A stretch of 62,087 nucleotides of DNA, the filler included, from Choristocarpus tenellus KU-1152 (lineage: Eukaryota; Protista; Phaeophyceae): NCBI GenBank assembly GCA_964200185.2. It is 12 parts of 12 records of this genome, joined end to end, with 100 filler letters (N's around TTAATTAATTAA, not from the genome) between each part and the next. Parts side by side here need not be neighbours in the genome. Positions count along the whole stretch, not along the records: positions 35,027 to 41,283 come from CAXNAD020008551.1; positions 41,384 to 45,048 come from CAXNAD020018634.1; positions 45,149 to 49,218 come from CAXNAD020016386.1; 9 more parts are not named here. One strand, written 5' to 3'. The notes under the pieces were generated by a model. The model worked only from the letters and a program-made list of their open reading frames with translations. It had not been told where the DNA came from and ran no database searches. The position numbers and the translations under genes were made by a program. Every line of letters begins with the position of its first letter. Position 1 is the first letter of the stretch. Shown here one piece after another: positions 35,993 through 49,182 of the stretch.

Positions 35993-38635
35993 GTCGAGAC
36001 ACTCCGTGTATTGGTGGCGCATGGGCTGTTGCTCAATGTTCCTAATCACAAGGGTCGCACCCCGCTCCATGCTGCAGCGATGGAGGGTCACGTGGAAGTA
36101 CTAGCAGAGCTGATCAAGGAGGACAAGTGCCGATCCCTGAAGACTGAAAGCGAGGGCAGTCCTGGTGGGGAAGAGAACCAACTAGCTCCAGGTTTGATAC
36201 TTAGTACTCACGAGCAGGTCCTAAACTTGAACCAGGCTGATGAGGAAGGGTTGGTGCCAATGCACTTTGCGGCTATGGGTGGACATGTAGCGACTGTGAA
36301 ATTTCTACGAAGAGCCAGTGCAGCGATAGATCTAATGGACAGCAAGGGGCTCACTCCGGCATGGCATGCAGTTTCGAACCGGCAGGTAAGAACATGCAGC
36401 AAAACATGGGGTAGATGGGGGGGGGATTAAAGACTGAAGAATGTTCTGTTGATACAGTTCTCACATTCCACTAATATACTTGTGTCTTGAGCTTCCAGTC
36501 ACACAATCAAAATTGACTCTGCCTGTCCCCATTGTGAAGGCTAAAGTCCTGGAATTTCTTGCTGCGGAGGGAGCCAACATGGATATTCAAATCAGCACAG
36601 GCACCACTTTGGTGCACCTGGCGGCAATGAATGGCTTTGCGGAAATCATTGCTGTTCTTTGTAAGACCAAAGCTGACATGGATGCTGCCAACCAAGCTGG
36701 AAACACTCCTGCAATGTTTGCTGCCAAGATGGGCAATGTTGAGGCAAGATAAAGAATATTTCATTCTTGAGCTTGCAAGCAAGGATTGTCAACAATTTAT
36801 TGCTTAATGGTAGTAGTATCACCCCCTGGCCAAGTTTTTCTGTCAAGATGATGTGGTTCCATGGTGACAAACTAAAGTAATTTTGGAGAAAAGAGGTTTG
36901 GGTGTCGGAATGGCAGAACCCCGATTCTGTATCCTCAAGCCTCATGCTTATCGGTTATGTGAACTCCTATCTACCTGGGTGAGAATACTTCCAAATAGTG
37001 AAGTATGCTGTGTATGAATTGATGTGGGTTGGGCCAATGTTTTTCTTGAGGTCTTGTGTGAAAATTTCCTCACAACCTCTCATTCCCACAAACGTATTCC
37101 TCTCCTCACAGCACTGATGTAATGCATTCACCTTCCTCACCTCCCCCCTCCTAAATATACACCTGTCTTTTCAACAGATCATTCGACTCTTGGCAGAGTG
37201 GGGCTGCAACCTTAACCAGGCAGACATCCAGTTGGTCACCCCAACCTTCTTTGCCGCACAGGAAGGGAACACTACTTCCCTCGAACTCCTACTCAATCTG
37301 GGGGCTGATGCAAATAAGGCGAGGGCAGATGGAGCCACACCACTCATCATGGCTGCACAGAATGGTCATGCCGATTGTGTCTCAACCCTGCTCAGGTACA
37401 TGGTACCATCCAAACATCTCCACCACTCCATATCTGCGCGTAACACTGTTGAGGGTAAAAATAGTAAGGAATGGATTAGGACAGAGTCTTCAGGCTGCTC
37501 GAATCTTGAAGCTTCAAAGGCAAGAAGGATGTTGAAGGTGGGACATGACCCCATGCGGGAAGTCAGTCGCAATGGTAGTGGTGAGGAGTTTAGGTTGTTA
37601 GAGCAGAAGACTTCAAGTGGGTGCACAGCACTGTGTATGGCAGTGATTGCTGGCAAGTTGGAGGTGGTTGGGCAACTGCTAGACGCTGGGGCAGACATCG
37701 ATGCTCCTGATGGTAAGGGTCGCTCACCCCTGTACCTGGCTGCGTCGGGTGGTAATGCCAAGATGTGTGCAGCCCTTGCCTGCTGTGGGGCTGACCTCCA
37801 CAAGTGTGCCCTCGATGGCATGGAACCGGTATTTGCAGCAGCTTCCTGTGGTCACTTTGGCGCTGTAGAGGAGCTTATCCAGGCTGGGATTGACCCTCAT
37901 ACTGTACGTGATACCAATAATGTGCTCCTGTCCACCTACATGCAGGCAGGTGACATAAGCACTGCAGGCATTGCCACTGACTCACTGTCCGCCCCAAGCT
38001 CGAGGGGCAAGGACCAGGTTGAATGTAGCAATAGCTGTGGGAGAGGTGATAATAGGGATATAGAGTGTATTGTCAGACAACAAGGATTGTTGCAGGCACG
38101 AGAGGGTCACAAGTATGGGGCAGCCCTGCTCCCGGATAGTGTGGCACGCTTACCAACAATCCGCGATAATGGGGGTTATCATTTTTCCCATGCAGAGAGA
38201 GGAGGAATGGATCCCCCCCTGTGTTTAGATAGACCCCCATCATCCCAGGCTCTACAGGGTGCTGGTTCCACACCCATCCAAAGGATTTCTCAGGATAAGA
38301 GCTCAAGGCGAGCAGTAGGTTCAGGGTCGATATTTCATCCACCAGTCATGGTTGTGGCTAGTAGGTCTGCCCTGTCGTCTGCTGCCAGTGTATCCTCCAA
38401 GAGCGACATCTGCATTAGTCAGTCAGAGGGTTCGGATATGACTAACCAGTCAGGTGGGAAGCATGTCCAAACACAGGACATGCGCCGCATCACCGCAGGA
38501 AGCAGTGACAGTATTGTAAACACTGATCACACCATTGGTGACAATAGTGAGAACTCAGTTCTGGAGCGCATGGTTGCATTTGTGGCCGATCCTTCTACCC
38601 TCTTTTCAGGAGGATCCTTCAGGAGTTCAAGTTGA
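35993..38635 (+). CDS. Ankyrin-repeat protein, 3' part (exons 35993-36385, 36540-36743, 37178-38635), Ser-rich C-terminal tail
   Basis: Many ankyrin consensus repeats (GRTPLHAAAMEGH, GTTLVHLAAMNG, GATPLIMAAQNGH, GRSPLYLAASGG). Phase-0 joins; the second intron needs a GC donor. Confidence 0.9.
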
Positions 38636-41600
38636 GCCAAGTCACTTTGCAGATCTTACAATAAAATGGCGAAGGAAGTGTAGGAGCCTCTACAAACAGG
38701 AAAAGACGGGGGGATAGATCAGGTGTTGGGAGGATACAGGACACAAAACGAGAGGATGCAAAGAATGTGGAGGTCCTAGGAAAGCAACACACATCGACAG
38801 GATCAAAACTAGAGTTATTGGACCTTTCCCTAGGCGGGAAGAGCGCTCGGCGTTTTTTTGTATAGATAGTCGATTGAAGGGGACTGAATCATCCACCCCC
38901 TCTCCTCTAACTATCTATGAGCAGAATTTTCCTCTCATTGGTTTTTTTGTCTGCTTATTAACGTCAAGATATATAGGTGCAAGAAAGATTATTTTGTTGT
39001 ATATTTGCACTCCTTGTACTTCAGTATATGATAGCATGGTGGAGGATATAGGTGCCCTCCAATGTGCTTGCAATCACACGAATAAGAGGGTCGGGTAAGA
39101 GCAGGGAGCTAGACTGCATCACAAATTCTTGGGGCGTGCAAGAAAACCTGCACACCAGAAATTAAAAATAGCACAAACACAGGGTACATCACAGACGAAC
39201 ACACACACACACACACGATTATCCATACTCAAGCGAAACATACGTGTGGGGTGTTAGGAGTATTAGTATAGGAAGGTTGAACCACTTTTTTTTCTGAATT
39301 ATATGTGATCGAATATTAAATCACATGGTCACGGGTTAGTTGACTTTTGTCTTTGGGGCTGGCTTGCACACTGATGAGAGAAGATTGTGTGTAGCATTGG
39401 TGATGCGGGGGTATAAAAGAGACTAGAAACAGTTAGCCTATGTTAATTGTGTCTTTTGGCTGTATCATCTAGTACTTGGGAATGTGATTAGTAGTAGTGT
39501 GTATTGCATGGAGGGGTAGTAATTAGGATCACCACCATGCATTCCTTTTTTACTTGTTACAGATTGTGAGCACTCTAGGTTGCCTTTCATTTTAACGTTC
39601 TGTTTTTTCTCCAGAAGTAGACAAGTAGTATATGGACGGACAAAGAGAGCAGGAACAGCAATGGAAGGGGTCAGACAAGCAGAGAGGATAGAGCTCATGT
39701 TTTGAATTTTCTTACAGTGCACAAGTATGGTATGTTCTTAGGATTGGGTGTATAGGTACATGTGTACTTGTTTTATAGTGCTTTGCTGGTGCTCTTATTG
39801 AGGCAGAAATGCTTGGACGGAAGAAATCACATCCGTCGGCCAGGCAACACGTGCGCATATATGATAAGGCAAACATTTTTGTACTGGGGCGTATTTTACA
39901 TGTATGTATGTGGAGAACAAGCGACAAAAGTATGAAGACTAAGTTGCTGCTCCGTGCAGCCTTTTTGTTTTGTTGAAATGGGGTTAGGAGGGGGGAGAGA
40001 GTGGCCTTGCTATATATGTACTTTGAAATAATAGAATATGCCAGAATTGTATTGTTGAGGGGTACTATTATTGTGGGGTCTTCTTTTATTCTGGTCAGGG
40101 AGAGGGGGGGAAGGGAAGGGGGACTGAACGCCCTTACTGTATGTCAAAAATGTATTTTTGTTGAGAGATTGGGTATTGACTGGCGTTTTTTGTTGCTTGA
40201 TCTTGAAGATTTATTGTATTAATTGGGGGTTTTTGTGCGCTAATTCGAGAGTACTGTCAATGCATTGAGTAGTATTGCAGGTGCTCTCCTTGGTCCTGTT
40301 GTGCAATGTTGCTTCCACTTGATGAGGGCATGATCGTGAGTATTTACTTGATGTTTGAAGTAGTCGTAACACACACACACACACAATCATATATTTCTGC
40401 ACGCATATATGTTTTAGACTTCGATCTACAGCAACGCCTAACTGGTGAAGGTGTGCCAATACTGGCTTTATTCACTATAAGGGGAATTCCTTGCTCGAAT
40501 AGGATCATACATCGTACAAAACATTCTTCGTGATGATTGCTTGCCTGTTATTTCTTCATCATCAGTCGGGCAGTACAGCTTTACCTAGTAGTAGTAGTTG
40601 TAGTTAGAACTAAATACACTCACTATATGTGCATGTAGTTGCACAACAATGAACTGTCCTCCCCATCTGTGTGTTCTCTTTGTAACAAAAATAGATACAA
40701 ACCACTTCAGATCTTTTGCAATTTTCTTTCACAGTTAATAGTATTAATGTTTGTAGCTAAAATTAATCCACAACTATAAAAAAGGGTAACAATAGTCAAC
40801 TACTATCAGACTTTTCTGTTGGTATTAACTAGAATAGTAATATACTTGTTGAATCTTTGTTCCAAAAAACCCCTACCCCTCCTCATTATTGTTCTTGACT
40901 ACCAATACAAACTAGTCATGATGGCCAAGTGAGCTTTGGCAATACCTATTATTTAGATTTGAATGTGCAGTTTTTCATCTTCAAATTGGAGATTCCGGAC
41001 CTGATCTAAGGCAGGGTCTGCACAAGGCAGGCAGGCCTCTCTGTGCCAGACCTTAATTGAAGCGTTCTTTTTTCATTCCCCACTCGTTCCATTGAGTTGT
41101 ATCTTCTGCTAGTAAACCCTACTATTCAGCAGGGATCCTTAAATTTCAAGGCTCATCATGCAAGCACCGCTTGCAAATACTTCCTTGTAGCAGTTGATGC
41201 ATCGCCAAAGAACAGTGGATCGAGAGAATGGCAGATGGATTATTTCATGGAGGATGGATTTTTCCCAAAATGGGGCGCGGAAANNNNNNNNNNNNNNNNN
41301 NNNNNNNNNNNNNNNNNNNNNNNNNNNTTAATTAATTAANNNNNNNNNNNNNNNNNNNNNNNNNNNNNNNNNNNNNNNNNNNNGTATGAGTTAAGTCTCA
41401 CAGGAGGCGCCTGCACCTTCAGAATACCTCATTTGACTTGGCATGGATTATCTGGTTGAGAGGCTTGGGTCCCCATGAGTGAGCCTTAGTCAGCAGGTGA
41501 CAACATCGCGTAAACGGAAAATAATGTAAAGAGAATGGAGAAATAACAACGCCCATGTTCTCCGAGTGAAGGTGACCTCTTCAGGCGTCAAAACCATCCT

Positions 41601-43216
41601 TAAATGTACGGTTCGCGAACACCGCGTGGTATCTCCGTGCGATCCGTGCGTGCGGACTACTTTATTTAAGTATGGTCCTATATTTCTCACGATTACTGCA
41701 AGTTGACCAACCGAGACCCATCAAATAAGGTTGAGCATGCTGATGCGATTACAACAAACGAATTTTCATGAAAAAAATGGTTGTTGATCAAAAGTTATGA
41801 CACGACAAAGTTGATACAGGAGGCGAATGCCAATATTGAAGTGTCAAAATACATCTTGAACTCACAAATCACCTCAGCCACCATTACACCAACACACAAT
41901 GAATGACTATGTGTTTTTATTCAATTTCGAATTTTCGACCATCTCAAAAATGCTAAAACAGAAGATAGTAGAAATATCAATATATATTATATATTTGTAT
42001 TTACACTAGTAGTGCTATAGGATACCAAACTACAAGTAGTTTGAATGGAAAATAGGAAGGCATGGCCATGACGCGACTGGGCTGCTTCACAGAAAGTATT
42101 ATCTGCCTGGCCATACATAAATGTAATAACATGACCGAGTCCATGCCCGTTGCTACTCCTCACTAAACCCACCACCTGACCTAACATTTTGGTATACCAT
42201 GCTAGTTGCCCTCAGTTTTACAAACCTCCCTTACTTCCTTAGTTATCTCCTTGCCACTACCACCATGACCTCCAACCACACACATATTTATCATGTCTGC
42301 CACCATTCCATATATCTCCCCAGCTAACAAATGGTCATCATGATACTGGCGATCGTGATAGCAAGTAAGTGACTTGGGAAAGTTGTACCTCGTGGATAAC
42401 CATCATGTATACAGCTGAGGGTCGAAGAATATTATATACCATGTTGGTTGAATGTATAGCGTGGAGAAGATTGAACAGGAAACGATCCCACTCAATGGCA
42501 GTGAATTCATCCTTCAAGCTCTCCACACTTCAGTTGTATACCAACATTCTGCCTTTCAAATATTATACCAGCATAACTACTACTCCGGAGTACTTGCTAT
42601 TAAGTATACCTCTAATCGAACATTAAATTCTGATCAATATTGATAATTTGTTGTCTATTGTATGCGCAAAAAAGGTGACAAAATACTTGCTCGTGCAGGA
42701 CAAACGTGCTCGCTGATGAGATATAGAATATTACCTCCGATGTGCATTTCATATTTCGCAATCTCCACATCAAAAGAGTCTCTAAAAAAACTCACCCTTG
42801 TTCAACTGAGAGGTGCAATGGTCTAGGTTAAGTGTGTGCTCGAACGATAAAGAACGAAGAAACCAGTCATTCAAACACTTAACCTAGATCGAATATAGGA
42901 CATACTTGAACGAAATGCGTATCTATTGGTGTCAACAGCGGTACCTGTGGAAGAGCAAGTACTCCCCAAGAAAGTTATCACCTATGTTGATGACGATTTG
43001 CAAGGGCCTCGTCCTACCTCTTCTCGCCATCCTACTCCTCCTCCTCCCCATAACAAGATCTCCCTGAAGACCCATATATTCATGGGGGAAAATAACTGGG
43101 GAGAATGGTCTTTGCTCTGCTTGGTTCAGATGGGTGGTTCTATAACTCCCACGAGGAGACTGAATATGATGATGTTACACAGTGGGCAAGAGGGTAAGGC
43201 GGTCATTATGAGCACC

Positions 43217-43335
43217 TTCTCCTTAAAAAGAAGAGAACAGGAGGAGTAGTGCATACGTAGTACTATTAGTAGTAGTTCTCCTTAAAAAGAAGAGAACAGG
43301 AGGAGTAGTGCATACGTAGTACTATTAGTAGTAGT
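43217..43335. repeat. Exact tandem duplication, ~59-bp unit x2
   Basis: TTCTCCTTAAAAAGAAGAGAACAGGAGGAGTAGTGCATACGTAGTACTATTAGTAGTAG occurs twice. Confidence 0.9.
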
Positions 43336-43640
43336 GGTGGTGAATCTGTCGGTGGTGTGGGTTGTATGGGGTATGTGATGATGTTGCTACTACTTTTATT
43401 CTGTTGTTGTGTCACAGGTCATACGTCTAATTGGCAGTTTCATATGTCCCACTCTGATCTTGAAGTCCTAGATTTTATATATTCATACTTCTTGACTACT
43501 CCTATCTATTTTCATTTTGATGCCGAATAGAGGTGGTACATCTTTGTTCAGTCCTACTTCTATACCCCCCATGAGAACAATAAAGTGAATAAATCGAAGA
43601 GAAAGATCCAGCGTATTTTACAACATGTCCTATATGACGC

Positions 43641-43915
43641 CTTCTACGAGCTTCATCATCCACATACATCCTTGTGGATTGAAACTACACATGCTGTTAT
43701 GGAAAGATTGCGGAGCGTTTGTAGCATAGAGGTCCTACCGAGACTCATCATCCACACATACAGTGTTGAGGATTGGACCTACATATCCCATCATGGTAAG
43801 CTTGCAAAGCGTTTTGGAATGTGGAGATCCTACCGAGACATCATCGTCCACATTCAGCCTTGTGGATAGAAGCTACGTATCTCTTCATGGAAGTTTGCGA
43901 AGCATTTTCCAACAG
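43641..43915. repeat. Diverged tandem repeat, ~93-bp unit x3
   Basis: Recurring CCTACCGAGACTCATCATCCACA...TTGTGGAT.GAA.CTAC...ATGGAAAG.TTGC.AAGC.TTT at ~43641, ~43732 and ~43827. Confidence 0.7.
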
Positions 43916-45148
43916 TGGTACCTTACCTTTGCTTCAAACCACCTACCAATATGTTCTTGTTACTGTTGTTGGAATTGTTGTTTGCTCTCCAAATCGTAGT
44001 AGTAGTACTCCGAGTATAACAGTATGAAGAAATCATTGGAGAGCTTGCTGTTGTTTATTGTAGTAACGCAATTCTCTTGGTTAGACTGAGTGGAATACTT
44101 ACGCAGTTATAGTTATTTGGTAGTTGCGATTGTAGCACATAGTATTTTGTACCTATGAAGTCATCCACATATTGCAGGATTGATTTGTCGACATGAGTGA
44201 AAAATGTTACTTGGGATTGAGGTCCCAGAATAACTCCCTAGCCCAGTGAAGTTGTGTTGAAGATACAATGTACACATCCTGTTGTTGCAACTTCCACTCC
44301 CTCTGAGTCAAGCCAACTAAAAGGTAGGCAGCGTGTATATTAAGCATTCCGAGAAAGGGCAAAAAGAGGACAATTTGTACGATTGCAGAAGGGCCTTTGC
44401 TGATCTGTGGTGTCATTTTGAGGGTAGTTAGGAGAAGTATCAATACTGCGCGTACACTGTTGTGCATATATAGCAATTAAATAGAGTGTATTGCACCAGG
44501 TACTGAAGATGGTTTAGAATGCCAAAGGGTCCAACCTTGCCTCTCGATTGGTTTGGTTCCTCTTCCTTTTAGTTTTGTCTCTTAGAGGGATTGCCGCTGG
44601 TGTGGTGTGTAAGTGACGGGATATGCACAAAACACAAATGCACCACTTATATTTGCGGTTTGTTGTGTTGGGATTTGGATCTGATTGGTGGATGTGGGAA
44701 GGAACCAGTCCGTTGAGATGACTGAGAATGTTGGAGTATCCTCATTGACTAGGATAGTAAATATGTTTGGATAAGGCATGTCCATACATATTTTTGTTCG
44801 GCAACCACCTTGTTGCTTGAACCTCAGAGTCCTTTGCATCTCGCTCGATACTCGGTATTAGGATGGAACCAACAGAGTCCATCTACACACAGCAGGGCTT
44901 TATTAAAAAAAGTTTGAATACCACATAGTGCTATTACAAGTACCCACAAACAAAAGTTCTACGCTGTCATGTTCGTCATGTAATGGTGGAAAAATGGAGA
45001 CCCAAATAGTTTTTAGGATATGCACATAACTTGAGAATTATGGAGTAANNNNNNNNNNNNNNNNNNNNNNNNNNNNNNNNNNNNNNNNNNNNTTAATTAA
45101 TTAANNNNNNNNNNNNNNNNNNNNNNNNNNNNNNNNNNNNNNNNNNNN

Positions 45149-47066
45149 GGGACAGCGGATTCCTCCCACCCTCCGCCTCCTTCAGTTCCCACTCCACCTA
45201 CTCAGACTCCTCCTGTTGGAAGGCGGAAGAAGCCTGGGAGCAACAACTCCATTGGTGCAGTTGCTTCCATTGCTGCTAGCACCACCTCTCCAAGACCAAC
45301 TTCCACTGCAGCAGCTGCTCGGAGGCGCCCCTCCCCTGCCATGCATGGGATAGGCGGTGGGGCTAGCAACAGAGTTTACGGAGGCGTTGGCAAGAGCGGC
45401 CGACAGGCGTCTAGGAAGACTCTTCTGGAAGGTATGTCGGAGGTGCTGATCATGTCACTCAAGTTCATGCCGACAGATGCAGCTCCGCTTGCTGTTTTTG
45501 TGACGGATGGGGTGGGGTACTATCCACCCTTTCTGCGTTACGATGCACTGGAGATGCAACTGTGTCGGCTTGATGTCCCTGTCACCTGCGTCCACTTTCA
45601 CCCTGGGGGAGCGGGGGGCCTGGGCGGAAGGGGGGTCGAATCGGGAAGCCGCAGGGATGACCGTGGCAATGGCATTACTGGTGTCGGTGGTTTAGGGCAG
45701 GGTCGTGAAGACGGTTTATGGGCAAAGAAAGGATTTGATACTGACTTGGAGGGCTTTTCCTGGTTGGTGGGTGTTACGGGGGGTGCATCCTATGATCTTT
45801 CTACCCTGAAGCAAGCTGTTGCAGCACGGGTCAAGGGGAAAGAAGGGAAGGGGCTTGAGCCGGCGACATTTCCAGCTGGATTGGGGAGCTTGAGTTTTGT
45901 TGACAATGAGGGACCGAGCATGGAGATCTGCCGTAAGGTGTGTGTGGGGTGGGTGAGTGGGAGCTGCATTGGCAAGGAGAGGGAGAGGAAAAGGGAAGGG
46001 AGGATACTGTTTGCTTTCTGTAGGGTAAGGGGAGAGGGTCCAACTCAAAATATGTGTGACGATTTATGGATGGAGTGAAAAGGGAGCTCATGTTTAATGG
46101 GCATGGAATTTTGGAAACAAGGGGACATGGCTATGGTAGAGAATTTGATGGGCTATTTTTGTTTGGCTCTCCTTGAAGAGAGATTGACTATTCAAGACAT
46201 GCCCACCTTCTGTTACACGGCTTGTGCGTACTGGGCGATGTTGGTGAGGCTAAGGTCTGATCATGCAGGATGGATGTCCTCGAGTTGATGTGACTGCTGC
46301 CGTGCTTGCCCACTGAGACAGGAGCTAGGCGTTTTTGAAGAGTAGCGGTGCAGGTCCCATACCTATTGCACAGGAACAAGCAACACTCGCAGACACGCAC
46401 ATGAGCTTGTATGTTCCGCATAACACGCCTGGTGCTTGACTGGTGGTGAACCCATGCATGTTCCGCATGCTCAACTCATGTTGCCATCTCCCAACCTGTG
46501 CCGATCCCCCTCGCCCCCCCTCCTGTTTGTCCTCCCCCCAGTGCAATCTCAATCCATCTACATTCCAGCGTAGGATCCTCTTTCGCCCCTCGCCCCTCGG
46601 TGTTGCAGCAGCAAGGCAGTGCCTGTTACGCCACAGTCCCACCCTCAATTTTGGCCTCACACAAGCATCTGGAGGTGCTGGGGTGCTTGCGGTTGCTGAC
46701 AGCCTGAGCAGTGGCAGCAGTAGTGGTGCTGTTGGAGCATCAGCTGGGGGGTTTGTGGGGACATCAGTTGGAATTGGAGTTGCTTCAGGTTCAGCCGCAG
46801 GGTCCTTGCCAGGTGAACACGTGTTACATGCACCTTGACTGGAATGGATTGCTTGAGGGGAAAAGGAGGGTGGGGGGAAAGGGCAAGAGGTCCTCTCCCA
46901 ACTATGTGCCTGGTGACGGGGTGACTTTGTGCATCTTGACAGGGTTAGGGTTAGGGATAGGGATTGCGCTTACTCTACTGTGCTGTGGTCTCTTGTGCCT
47001 TAAACAGTGCCCAAGGCACTACATAGGACTGACTCCTCCGAGATGTTGGGGAGACTGGGTATGGTG

Positions 47067-47121
<55 letters not shown>

Positions 47122-47649
47122 CGTATGTACTATGCTGAAGTGCTTGCCATATGCTTGGCTTAGGTGTTAGGATATTGTAAGCAATTATAGAGCAGTTGAT
47201 GGGGCAAAGCTTTGATGCAAAGGCAATTCGCAAAATTCAAGAAGAATAGTAGTATCACCTTTTTACATGGCCTATTTGTGAGAAATAGGGGTAGATAGGG
47301 ACAGAGGACTGCAACTTTGAAATCATTTTGTGCCAATTGCGGAAAATTGGATGGGTGGCGGTTAGGATTTATTATCGCTTTCCTTTGTATTTGGATATTC
47401 TCCCTCACCCATGTTTTGCTGCACAACTTGAAGAGCACTCCTCTGTTGTGACCCTCTTTTCCCTCCTCCCTACTCTTGGCCTCCTCCCCGCGACCCCATC
47501 TCCTGACTCCACCACATTTGTTTTCAAATATGATTTATTTTGTGCTATTCCTGCCCCCACTCAGGAGCTGTTGGAGGAAGTGCACCAAGAGTTGGGGACC
47601 GTAACTTGCCGTGGGCCAACATGGAGAGGCAGTTGGTCCAGGAATACAG
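45149..47649 (+). CDS. SZT2: SZT2-like (KICSTOR scaffold) internal fragment (exons contig edge 45149-45937, 46569-46812, 47565-47649)
   Basis: LIMSLKFMPTDAAPLAVFVTDGV...YDALEMQLCRLDVPVTCVHF...DLEGFSWLVGVTGGASY resembles the SZT2 N-terminal vWA-like region as I recall it (LALQLLP...GIIVITDGV...LLNQLR...CSFVQ). Exon phases 0 and 1 join cleanly. The spliced gene is well supported; the family identity is moderate. Confidence 0.55.
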
Positions 47650-49147
47650 GCAAGAGTAGAGACTTTTAACTTTATATCTTATCCCCTCCCTTTCCTTCCC
47701 ATCCCCCCCATTTCTTGGTTGTTGAATGGACCAACCCATTATTCTGTTACTTCATGATGTTTTTTTTTTTTTCACACACGCGCGCTGCAACCATGCGCGA
47801 TTTTGCGTTGCCTTTCTTGAAGGGCCTTGCATGGAATACCGTTCTGTGCCTTGTCGTGGTCTGGTTTGTGTGACGTTCTTAACCTCTTCAAGAGGAGTTC
47901 CCTGCTCCTCATGCCCCCCGTCCGGACTCCACACGCCTTTCCTTATAGGCGCAACGGCTACTTTTTTGCATTGTGAACTGTTTTGCACGCCTTTGCAGTG
48001 ATGCGGAAACCCTGTTGTTCCATGCCTATTATGAACGTATATCCCGTACGATTTGAAGGGCATGAACTGGAGAGGCAGGGGATGATGATATTTGTGACCC
48101 TATGGTATTTGGCTAGATGACTTGGAGGTTGTAGCATTCTTTTGTGGTGTGATATATATATATATATATACCTTGGGTTTCAAGGCCATAACAAGGGACA
48201 CCTGCTCCAGTTCCTTCTTTTGCCTGCTTGACACTGCTTATTGAGATAAATTGAAGGCAGGATAGGTTCCGTCGGGACACCGCAACATACATTAGTAGAC
48301 CTCTCAGTTTTCGTGCCTGTAGTCATATCTACAGTCTGCTACCCCAACCCCTCCCCTCCTCTACAAATGTGGTTTGTTAGAGATTCTTGTGTGGTACGGA
48401 AAAGGTGTAGTGGAACTTAAGACACTGAGAAAGGGAAAATTGCTGCAGAAATGGAGGTCCCCGCCCCCATTTGCACCTCCATTCTACACACCGCTTTTAT
48501 CTCACTGTGGTTTAAAAGTCCGCTGCACCCTCTAGGGTATGGTGGGTTTTTGCAGGCAGGCATGTGCGGGGGTGGATGGCTTCATGGCAGTGTTGCCTCC
48601 CGCTTTCTTTGTTGATGAGCTCTAAATGGTGTTCTGAGACTTCTTTGCCGATGAGGTTGACGATTTAACCCTAACCCTAAGTCGATGAGGTTGACGATCC
48701 CTCGTTCTAAGGTTACTTCTGCTTTACTTTGTGGTGCTTTGGAAGCGCTCATTATTTCTCAAGAGTTGTAGAACAGGAGGCTTTTTTTTTTTTTTAGTAT
48801 TTGTTTTGTGTAACGCGTCCGCCGTATTGATTGTACGTTGTGTGTATACATACCGCTTTGGACCGAAAAACCCGTTACATGCATACTGCACTAGCACTAG
48901 CACTATTAGAGAGTTTGTGTATGTTCTGGGGTGGTGGAGTGTCAAGGGTGCTGTGTACTTTTTCATCTGCTATGTTACCTGCTATGTTACACGAGTGATC
49001 GTAACATGGTGTGGAGAGTAGTCGTGTCCAAGGTGAAAGATGTTTGCCGTGTCCGACGTGTCGCTAAGCAAATGATTTGATTTGCTTCGTTTATGTTGTG
49101 ATCAATATGGTATACTGCCGTTGTGTTACCAGTGGATGCTTGGAGTA

Positions 49148-49182
<35 letters not shown>

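Noticed and set aside
43641-43915. Repeat-spacer-like pattern resembling a CRISPR array (also 59563-59860 and 60640-60795)
   Set aside because: The sequences between the conserved cores are homologous to each other, so these are tandem repeats. The context is eukaryotic and there are no cas genes.
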